From Podarcis vaucheri (lineage: Eukaryota), in NCBI GenBank assembly GCA_965113315.1, contig OZ220372.1: DNA of 64,000 nucleotides. One strand, 5' to 3'. Shown piece by piece: positions 1 to 11,500 of the stretch. Each line of letters opens with the position of its first letter. The first letter of the stretch is position 1. A program made the translations under genes and the position numbers. The notes below the pieces were generated by a model. It worked only from the letters and a program-made list of their open reading frames with translations, had not been told where the DNA came from and made no database searches.

Positions 1-530
1 CGTTCACAGGCAGAACTAATGTTTAATTAGGGTTTTAAACCACTAATTAAACATGTATCCAGGAGACGGGTGGGGAAAGTTGTCCTTGTGCCTTTCCTCC
101 TACGAAGACCAGGAGTGCCTTTCCCCTAGGATTGCACTCTCAGAGGGCAGTCTGGGGACAGAAGAGCCAGGTTGAAAGGAAGGTTTTCCCACACCTCTTA
201 CCTGTCTGTCCCCTGACAGTCACAGATCAGATCACTCTGAGTCGCCCAACTCATAGTGATCCATGTCTGTCTGAACCCGAGTTGATGCTCAGGTCCCTCC
301 AAATAGGCCCAATTTGCCTCGGGACAAAACTGAATCCACTGCACAGCCTTCATAGCTATCTGCTCTCTGAGCTGCTATTGATAGGGATGCCTATAAATCC
401 TTAATATAAGAGAGCTGCTTGATAGGGATACCTATAAATCCTTGCTGTACGGGAGTTAATGAAGTTTGAAATCCTTACGCTCTTCTTTTTCAGAGAACAA
501 AGAATACAGTGAATCTTAAAAACCTGCTAA

Positions 531-658
531 CAGGGATGGTGAAGCTGTGGCCCTCCAGATGTTGTTGGACTACAATTCCATCTCCCTGAGCACTGACCAT
601 GCCCATTGGAGCTGATGGGAGTTGGCATCCAACATCCTTTGGAGACAACCCATCCCTG
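531..658. mobile_element. hAT (Charlie-like) palindromic MITE
   Basis: CAGGGATG...CATCCCTG ends; internal ggactacaattcc/gggagttg palindrome shared with copies at 1784, 7866 and 8120. Confidence 0.7.
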
Positions 659-1783
659 TCCTAGCAGTTCCTAACAGTGGTTGGTTAAAATAATATTACC
701 TTGCCTGCCTGAACATCTTTTTCTTTTGTATTCAACTTTTTTTTTGTATTTGATGCTTGCAGCTATAATTTAAAATAAAATGAACATATTAAAAACAAAG
801 AAACAGACATACAATTCATGTATTTCAGAGCAGAAATCCTGAGCAGAAGGATGAAAGCATTACAGCATTGTACGCCTTAATTTGTAACAAGCATTTTCTT
901 GTTACTCTGATTCATACGCTTGAAAAACAGAAAACCTTCTCTGTAAAAGACAGGTATGCTACAGAACTTAGATTCTTCAAGTTGTAGAAACATGAAAGAA
1001 CAACCTGCACATATAGAAATGTTGTGTTTCTGTTGACTTTGATCCCTCACACTGCTCCAATAAATCTCATTAGTCAAATTTCTGGAAAGAAAATGTAGGT
1101 GGTAAGCAATGAAGTTTTGGCTCAGAGTACTTATTGAAATTAATGGAGCTGCCTTAGTCATGTTCATTAGTTCAATGAATCTACTCTGAATAAAACTTGG
1201 TTGAATACAACCTGTATCTGATTCTTACAGAGGTACTTTCACTGTTATGTCTGTGTAATTACCTTGAAATAGAAAGAAACATATTGGAATCTTGCTAAGA
1301 GTTCAGTAACTTAGAATATTGAAACAGAATATGCAGATCAAATTGCACTAAGGCACTCTTCTGTAGAATGAAATTAACATATTCATTGGTGTTATTCTGT
1401 TTTGTGAATACTAATAGACATTCTGGGCTTTATTGGATTAAACGACTTGGAAGATTGACTGGATGGAATAGCTAGAAACCAAAACTGGGGACAGCTAGGA
1501 CAATGCTAATACAAAGGGGCACCCAGTAAGATAATTAACTCACTTCTCTCCAACCCTTGCAGTTGTGGGGTTGGGGTGTTTTGAGGGTTGAAGTGGCAGG
1601 CCAAGTTAAGGATTCGTCTCCACTGAAGAGAAATTCCAGGTATTGAAGATAACTGGAGGTTACTTTTTTTAGCTGCATAATTTACACAAGTTACTTATTC
1701 ATCTCATAGGAGCTTCCAGCAATCATTTTCCTTCACTTGAAATAATACAAAAAGTTGGCAGCACAGTGTTCAATGGTCTAGAC

Positions 1784-1919
1784 CAGCCTTTCCCAACCTT
1801 GGGTCTGGAGATACTGTTGAAATACAGCTCCCATCATCCCTAGCTGGCAGGACCAGTGGTCAGGGATGATGGGAGTTGTAGTCCAATAATATCTGCAGAC
1901 CCAAGATTGGGGAAGGCTG
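1784..1919. mobile_element. hAT-Charlie MITE with 8-bp TSD
   Basis: TIR cagcctttcccaacctt / gattggggaaggctg; flanks gtctagac / gtctagaa (TCTAGA target). Confidence 0.85.
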
Positions 1920-2353
1920 GTCTAGAAAATAACTACAGTGTTCCTGCCATGTGTCCATTTCTTTGGTTACCTGTAGAGTAATGGGCAGAGTTTAAAACTG
2001 GCATTTTGGTTCTTAGGTCTATGGACAGTACAAGTCTTGGTTTAATTTGAGACCTACTCCTGGAGCTTTGTCATGTGGACCATTTATACTCACTGCCTTA
2101 TGTTAACAAGCGATCGTGCATTTTGTATCCTCCATTTTATTGTTCTCCAGGTTTTCTTAGTAGTTTTATTTTATTTTATTTTGGAAGTGCTGGTATTTCC
2201 TTCAACTTTATGTGACAGCTGCCAGGATGCGTGTGGCAGCATATAAATCGAGTTAGTATATGTTAGGTAATGATGTAGGCAGAATTACATATTAGCTTAT
2301 ATTCAAGTTCTTCCTCTTTTTGTCGTTAAATTTATTATTCTCTTTATAAACAG

Positions 2354-2552
2354 ATGCTTGTTTGCATCTTTCTTGACGATCGCACTACAAACAAACCTAG
2401 TCTACTTAACCCATATTCTAGAGGTCTTGACAAGGGATTTGATGGAACAGTCTAGCAATATACAACCGAAGCTGCTGCTAAGGCGTACAGAGTCGGTGGT
2501 AGAAAAACTGCTGACAAACTGGATGTCTGTTTGCCTCTCCGGTTTTCTTCGG
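2354..2552 (+). CDS. PLXNC1: PLXNC1 exon ([12 protein letters not shown]...CLSGFLR), GC donor
   Basis: cag| acceptor; ends CGG|gcaagt, phase 0. Confidence 0.93.
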
Positions 2553-5500
2553 GCAAGTATTGTATCTTTTCATTATACTTGCTTGTTTTCATGCAGAAGG
2601 AACCACTTGTGATGTGCATGTACAGCAGCTTTCTTGCCTAGCAGTTTGTTCAGTACTTAGTAATATGCATGCGCTCGAAGAGTCCCCTTCAGTTCAGTGG
2701 AATACGTTTGCATGAACAGGTTTTATTTTGAATCATTAAATGAATGGGAACCCCACATTTGAGCACTCATAAATATTTGGGGTAAAAGATGAGGAGTAGG
2801 AAAATGAGCTGTTTAGAGAAGGAAGAAGCCTTTCCAGGTTCATCTGTGGCATCTACCATTTCAAACATTGCTTCATATTTTTTTAGAGAAGCCACATGTA
2901 CATAGGCAAAAATGTGAAACATACAGGTAGAACATATTTTGTGACAATTGCACATGTATGTTTTCCACTAAATGTATGCATAACTGCATCCTGCAGCTGG
3001 CTGCCGCTTCCCATTACACATACATTATATGTAGATGTGAAGAAATAGATGAGCATGCAATCTATATGTGGGGTCATTTCTTTCCCTACATGGAAATGCA
3101 TATTATTTGCAGCAGACTTTAAGCAGGGCAGTTTTTCTGGTTGTTTCCCCCCTGTTTAACAAATAAGTTGTAATGCATAGAGAAATGCAAAGAAAAGAAG
3201 GTATAACTATAAGTTAAATAACATTGTGTTTCATTATGCTTCTTAGGAGACATTTGGCGATCCATTCTATATGCTTGTGACAACCCTAAATCAAAGGATA
3301 AACAGGGGCCCTGTGGATGTAATAACCTGCAAGGCCTTAAACACACTAAATGAAGACTGGTTACTGTGGCAAGTAACTGAATTCAATACAGTGGTATGTC
3401 TTGTTAATTGTGTGTCCAGCAAATGAAACCAACAAGTCTTGTATGGTAGAAACTATATGGCTAAGCAGGGGTGGAATTCTAGATCAAGAAGTGGTCTCAC
3501 ATATGTAGTCTACGGTCGAATTGTGGTTCTTCATAGACTGACATTCATAACAGATTCTAGTGTTATGAGAGGGAGAGAAAAAATGCCAGATTGCTTTCTC
3601 CACACCATCTATAATTCGTGAGATAGGTCACTTAGTTTTTAGAGATGGATTATCTTGAGGCTGAGAGATACTGGCTGCAGTTAACAAGCTTCAAGCTAAT
3701 ACACTCTCACATCAACTTTCCCAGTATGGTTGCAAGATCAGAAGCACTTCTGTTTCCAAGTAGCCAAAGTTTATCTTACTATTTGAACCATGACAAACTG
3801 GAGCTTAATCTATAGTTTGTCCAAACAACCAAAGATAAAATTGTGATTTCTGATCCTATATTATTTGGATAGGCCATACCTAAAAACACCAGTTCGAATA
3901 AATAAAATACTGTTTAAATTATTTATCTGGAAGCAGATACTTACAATTTCATGCCTGCATCAGAAGAGATAAGAGGCAGTTATTTCATACATGAAAACTA
4001 TGCTTTAGCATTATGACTAGATCAGGTTACTGACTTGCCCGAGTCCACTCAGCTTGCTTTTGGGTATGAGATTGAACTCTGCTGTGGCCCAAACTTAGCA
4101 CACTAGCTCAGTTGGGACTGAGTAACTGTGAAGTGTGAAAACATGTTTTTGAAAGATCTATATTAATTGCCTCTGACATAATACAAGATTTGCTAAGACA
4201 GATGATAATGATTTGCATATAAGTGGTTTACATATGACTGCTTGAACACTAAGATAATCTTTGGAGGCCCTGCTCCAAGCGAAGTGAGTCAGGTGGCTGT
4301 CAAGGAGGGTGCTTTTTCAGTGGTGGCACCTTGGCTATGAAATGGGCTCTTCAGAAAGACTTCCTTGGCACCAGCTAGAAGGTCTTTTCAGTGGCAGGTG
4401 GTTATCTTTTTATTCACCAAGGGTTTTTATGTGCTTTAAATCTGGGTTGTAAATTACATTGTGTTTAAACATTTGTTCTCTTTCAGGAATTAAATGTTGT
4501 CTTTGAAAATATCCCACAAAGTGAGTGTGAAGGCACTTTTCAGACAATTCAAGTTAACGTCCTGGATTGTGACACCATAGGGCAAGCCAAAGAGAAGATC
4601 TTGCAAGTCTTTCTGAACAAGAATGGCTCTCTTTATGATCTTCAGCTCAACGAAATGGCCTTGGGTAAGGCACTGCCACTGCCCTATTTTTGTTATAAAT
4701 TTATAATCTCACATTTATTTTCCTTTGTTTACTCTGAGAACAGAATTTAATAATGGGCTTTTGAAAAACCACAAATGAAGATGTCTCTGCTGTTAACAGA
4801 TGAGACCCACAAATTACTATGAATTCATTAAAACCAATCTGTTTTAACTAAATAAATTCTGTCATTTGTGGATTACAGTTAGCTTATGTAATATGTAGCA
4901 ACCTATTGAGTACTGGGCAAATTAAATGCTTGACAAGCACAGTATCACAGTCTCTGTTGCTGCAGTATTAGCTGAAGCAGAATGATCCATTGGGAATAAC
5001 CAGTACAGCACTGGTAGTAGTGATCCACCTCAATAGCTGCTCACAAAACCCTATTGTGATACAGAAGCTGATGTGGCCATGAAGGAATGAAATATGGTTT
5101 CAAATGGTTCACAAACCCAGCATCATCAATGCAAGTTCTTTTAGCATCTTGACCTCTTATGAGAATTTTAACAGACTGGCAAAATATGATAGGGTTGCCT
5201 CGCAAGCCACTGGTGGCATCTCAGAATCAAAGCACAGAATATGTTTGAATTGCAACTGTTTTAATTGTTTGGCAGCTCTTCAGTCAGGCGCACAAACAAC
5301 CGAACTTTTGGACATAGATAGTTCCTCTGAGATTCTGGAAAATGGAATTACCAAGCTGAACACCATACGACATTATGCGGTAAGAACAAAAATCCTTAAT
5401 AATTTGAAGATCTCTCTTCTGTAAGGACAATCTGGGATAGCCCAGTCGGTAGAGCATGAGACTCTTGATCTCTAGGTCATGGGTTCAAGCCCCATGTTGG

Positions 5501-8500
5501 ACAAAAGATCCCCACATTGCAGGGAATTGGATTAGATAACCCTTGTTGTCCCTTCCAACTCTAAAATTCTATGCTCTTCCACGATCTTCTCAAATACTGT
5601 ATCCAATAGTTGTCATATGGTCTAGCTGAAAGACTGGACCAAGATTCTCTTGCCAATGCCATCACATACTTGATGTGGGTCTATAGGAAGTCACTTAAGC
5701 TGCAGCTCTGTACATTCTTTCCTGGGAGCAAATCCCATAGTACTTGTGAGAAGACACAGGATCACACTGCTACATTTCCATGCACATTTGGTTGAAAAAG
5801 CATTAGTACTGAGTGTTTATAATCAGTAAATTCAAAATGAGAAAAAAGGAAACTTTTGCATGCCAAACATAAATGTCATCAATATAATGACCAGTCGAAA
5901 GTTAAGCCTTTTAAACTTGTTCCTAAACAGTTTCCAGCATAATCAAAGGGACTTAATTGGTCACAATCAAGTTACTGAAATGGTTTCAATTGTATGTGCA
6001 GCACAAGTCAGAGCCCCACCAAGTTCAGCATTCTTAGTTATAGCTGCTCTTAGTTGGATTGGGTCACTAGAATTAACTGAGTCTGAGGCAGAACTTTGTG
6101 TTACCGTGTTCTTTCCTACTGTGGTTTGGGGAAGGAGATCAGTGCTGGAACATCTGATTAGCATGCAGAAGGCACCAAGTTCAATCCCTGGCCTCTCCAG
6201 GTAGGGCTGGGAGACTTCCCTGCCTGAAACTCTGGAAAGCCACTACCAATCAGTGTAGACAGTACTGAGCTAGATGGACCATTGGTCTGCTTCCTATGAG
6301 TTGCATCTACTCATTGCCTTTCCAGGTGTCTTGCCAAGTAGACAAAATGACAAAATTTCTCCTATGTTCCCTTTAATTTGTTTGCTTGTGTAATCCGAGA
6401 TGTTTTCAAAGCCTTACTGAAGTCCTGGAATAGTATATTCCCTTTTACCCTTTGTCAATGACGTTTAGCACTTCATCACAGAGGGAAGTGAAATTTGTTG
6501 CCATGCTTTCCCCCCATAAATCCAGTTAAATTCATCTCAAGTACTCACCCACAAAATACACAACATATATTCTTGTACTTAAATTTTTATTTACCCTTTT
6601 GTTAGCCCTGTGCCCCTTGAGAGATTAGATTTTATTTGGAGCTATCTTTGCTTTGTTTTTGCTATCTTCATTTTGCCTCTGCTTGGGTGTGCTACGTGTT
6701 CTTTTATTTGTATTTGGGGAAAGCCCTATAGCTCAGTAGTAAAGATTATGCTGTGCATGTGTAAGGTTCCAGTTTTAATCACGACCATCCACAGTTAAAA
6801 AGATTTCAGTCACAGCTGCCTGTGATTTGGAAGAGACACTGCCATTTGGCCTTGGTAATATTTGGCTGGATGGATAAATAATCTGATAGTAAACGAGAAA
6901 AACAAACCCAGTTTTTCCTGTTCTTCGTCTTTCAGTTTTTGTAAATTTCCTGTTTCAGGTCATCAAACATTTCATCAGTTGAACAAAAATCTATTTTTCT
7001 TGCACTTCCTAAAACTTGGTGTAACTGCAGGATTCTATTGGTAAAGGATAAGCTTTACACTGGGCCAGCTGCTGCAGTTTCACTTTTCCCCATTTTTGGA
7101 AGGCATCCTATTCTGTGCAAGTCATTTCAGTAACTGAGTAGCAATAGGGAAGCACTGTGTTTTCAAACACACAGCATTCAACTGCTGAGCACTGCAGCTA
7201 TCAGCTGGATTACTTTTGGACCCATTATATAGATAACAGTCTGGCTCACCAGAATGTTTATGGTTTTAACAGCCTTTGAGCACTGTTTTGGTTGGAACTC
7301 TTAATCCAGCCATTCCAAGGTTTTTTGTCCCACTTGATTAATGGGAAAACCTGGACTGCATGCTTCAGCACATAGCTCATGCATAGTGGAATGTGACCAG
7401 TTTATGCCTTAGCAGGACATGTGAACAGTCATTATGATACATGTGCTTTCAGATAAGCATGTCACATTACATTTTAAAAAAAAAAAAGGTACTGCACCCA
7501 TCTCAAAATATAAGGGCCCTTTAGGAACGTCAGCCTTTATAGCATGGCTGGCTGGCTGCATCAGAATAGAAAAAACCCTATGGCTACTCTAACTTTGCAC
7601 TTAGGAAGCCTCAGAGTGGGGAAATGAACACAGAACTTAATGCATTCTTTGACCTGTGCTGGCTGGGAAGAAAGTAACAAGTCACATGCAGTGGATCATG
7701 TGAACTTTGAGGAATCGTGTAGTTTTAGAAAAAAATGCATATTACAAAAGCTGTTTTATTTCCTTTTCAGATTTCAGATGGAGCAACTATTAAAATCTTT
7801 AAGAAAAAAACGGATCTATCAGGTACTGAAACCAATACAAGCCTGATATATATAATTGTGATGGCAGGATGGGGGACCCTTCCATAGGTTGTTAGACTGC
7901 AATGTCCACCAGCTACAGCCAGAAAGGCCCAATGGTCAGGGATGGCAGAAGTTGTAGTCCAGCAACATATGAACAGCCACAGGTTTCCCGCCCCCACTGT
8001 AATGGGTTTTATAGAGCTATGAGTATATAGCAGACCATTTGAACCATAGTTCTGAAGCAGCCATTTATGTGAAGGGTCCAGTTTTATGATCTATAAAAAG
8101 ATTAAGTTGACGAAATTCACAAGGATGGGGAACCTGTGGCCTTCCAGATGTTATTGGGGCACAACTCCCCCCCATCTTGAAACATTGGCCATGCTGGCTG
8201 AGACTGATTTCAACTTAATGGGCCACAGGCTCCCCATTTTGGAATAAGCTCCAATTAGTCTAAAAGAGCATTAAGCATACAGCCGGATGCTTCAGGGAAG
8301 CTTATATGTAGGCCATAAAGATATTACCCTTTTTTGTATGTTTGCAGAGAATACGGAAAGTCCATTTAAGGCCAAAGTAGACAAGGCACAAGAGAAATTT
8401 GTAATTTTACACATTGTGAAATCAGCCTCATAGTTCGGATTGATGCAGGGTTGGTTTCACGAAGGCAACAGAATGCTACAGCAGATGTTTCATTCTGCTT

Positions 8501-11500
8501 TTCTTCCTGCTCCCAGAGGGCTGGGATGATATTTTGTGACAGAAGCTGGCAAAAGGGAGCAGTAAAGCCAATGATACAGATAATTTATTTGGCCTGTCTT
8601 CTTACTGCACAGAGTGGTGGGAATTACATTGTGTAGTTATTACATTTATATCCCGCCCCTCCTCCCAAAGGAGCACAGGGTGGCAATTACACAACCTCAG
8701 GGTCCTGCACAGGAATATAATTAAACATGGATTACCTGGATGTCCTTTCTTGGCAACTGCTTAATCCCTTTCACTGTGTGCATTTCATTCATTCTCTCTT
8801 TCCCCCTTTAAGCATGTTTCTCAGATGGGGAATACCCGAACGACTATTGCCATCTGGTAAGTCAGCAGTATCTGACAACTAGATATTTTTGTTATATATT
8901 ATTGCCTCCCTTAACCACTGCATGCACATTTGTGTATACCTTTCTTACAGATATTACCAGATTCCGAAGCAGCCAAAGATACACAGGGTGCAAAACACAA
9001 AGGAAAACAAAAATTTAAAGTGAAGGAAATGTATCTTACTAAACTTCTTTCTACAAAGGTAAGTGCTGAATTTTATTTAAGGCTAGGCCAGAAAAGATAA
9101 GATTAAGAAGCTTCACAAAGAGGCAGCAATTAACTGATGTGACTTAAAAACACAGAATGAGATTGTAGAACCTATAGAGACCACCTATAGGTCTTTTTTT
9201 CTTCTTGGCACATGCAGCTCAACTGGGCTTCCCCACTCATTTACATGAAAAGAGAATTATTGCGTACAGATGCATTCAGAGCTGCCCCTCCCATTGAGAT
9301 GGATCTGAACTATAAGAGAACACTGAGAAATGGCTTTTATACATTGTGATGGTGCCAGTCTTGAATGGGTGACTGAAGAGTGTTCAGCTCCATTCTTGTT
9401 GCACAAATTGTCCTTGATAGATGGAGCTCGTTGTTTTGTTAATTTACATCTCAGAAACTCCTTTGTCTAAGCAATAAAACCATTGCCTTTTTATTTCTTT
9501 CAAAGGTTGCAGTTCACTCAGTTGTTGAAGAGCTGTTTAGGAGCATTTGGACTTTACCAAACAATAAAGCCCCGGTTGCTGTCAAGTATTTTTTTGACTT
9601 CTTGGATGCTCAGGCTGAAAATAAGAAAATTACAGACCCTGATGTGGTCCATATATGGAAAACTAACAGGTATATATTTACGAATGTGCTTCATGTAAAA
9701 CTCAAACATAATAATGCATGAACTGGCAGCATGTTCAGCAGTGAAGGGCACATTGGGACTATACTATCAACTGAGGACATGATTATTTATTAGGCTGCCA
9801 GCTTGCATGAAGCACTGATGTTAAATTACTTTTAGTGGGATTAATAAACTTTTCCTGAAACAGTATTAATTTGAAGTTTGCCTTTTCTCTTGCCAGTCTT
9901 CCTCTTCGCTTCTGGGTGAATATACTGAAGAACCCTCAATTTGTCTTTGATATTAAAAAGACTCCACATCTTGATGGCTGTTTGTCAGTAATTGCACAAG
10001 CGTTTATGGATGCCTTTTCTCTATCAGAGCAACAACTGGGAAAGGTAGTATCTCGATTTCATATTTTACACACCCTTTCCTTAGGCGATACCTTCCAATC
10101 CAATTTTTCCACAGTACTGTCCCTCCTGAAGGCAATCATTTTACTCCAGACCATTCTTCTGTAATTCAACATTCACTCCACTTCACATGCATGCCCTGAA
10201 CTTGCAAGAACTTCAGTGTGCAGGTTTTCACATTCAGAGTGCTTTGTAGGATTAGATCCATGCACACTAAAGGGAGTTACATTGTTAATGAGCCCCTATC
10301 TGGCATCTGGAGTTGTGTGTATCACAATCCTTGCTGCATCAGGTTCACTTAATAGACGAAGCTGTGGGAGATCAAGTAGTTTACATTTAACACACACACA
10401 AACACACCCGATAATGGAACCAACTGTCTGATTTGCATACAGGAAACATATTTCCTATTTTAAAGTTTTTTTAGGTTAGTGCACAAAAAAAGTCAAAATG
10501 GAAATTTCAGAAGTGCTAGATTTATCTTTCAGGCTTCCACAACACTGCTCATGAAAAAGCAACTGCTGTGCTCTGTTATATTTTAATGCTTAACCCCGTT
10601 TAAAGTTTAAAATTTAATCCAAAGATGCAGCTCCCTTTGCAGCTGAACAAGTGGCTGTGGTTGAAACTTGAAAGCTACCCAGAGGCTTCCCTTTGACTTG
10701 TAATGAACTGGTGCAATAAAGTGGTTTCTTGAATGACACATTTCTGTGACACCCTGAAAACCCAGCAATACTGTTTTCCTGTAGCGTTTCTTTTTCTTTT
10801 GGTTGCCGTACCAAAAGTGGGTCAGAAGTTATGTAACCTACAAGGCTGAATAGAGACCACTACCAGCCATGAATTGTGGCTTATTAAGTGCTTGATAAAC
10901 CTCCTGTTCTTTGCTGCCCGCCTGGGACTATAAGAAAAGGAGGCTTGTCACAGGCATGGCGTCTCACTGTATATGGCTAATGCAGTTTTAATTTGGAAGC
11001 CTTTTTTAGCACCCTCCTAATTCAACACCTGCAATATTAAAAAAGAAAATGACAACAGAGAACAAAACATGAGGCATAGTCTTCATTACTCTACATGCAC
11101 CTATCTATGCACTGTGAGTAACCTTCTTTCAAGGGACCCAGCTGTCTGACCGAGCTGGTGATAAATGGGAAGTTGCCATTCTTGATGTTCACCCCACAGA
11201 TGGTTGTCTTTTCAGTGCCAGACCTTTTTATTCTCCCCGGCCTTTAATATCCTTCTTGCTTAGCCAAGGGGCCATCACCAAATCATACTGTAATAAAAAG
11301 GTACACCACCAAAAATGTAACTAAAACAAACTATCACAATCCATTGCAGCATTCAGAAACCATTTTTGTTAATAAAATGATAATAACTGTAACACTATAA
11401 TTCTAACCCTCACTACCAAAAAGGGGCCTTTAAAATCTGAACTGCTGTACAGTTTTAATGCTGTAAACCTGCCATTTTATTCTGTGCTTTAATTGTTTGA

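Noticed and set aside
5431-5505. tRNA-Lys-like sequence
   Set aside because: Acceptor and anticodon stems are degraded and it continues into a CR1-like tail, so it is a SINE head rather than a tRNA gene
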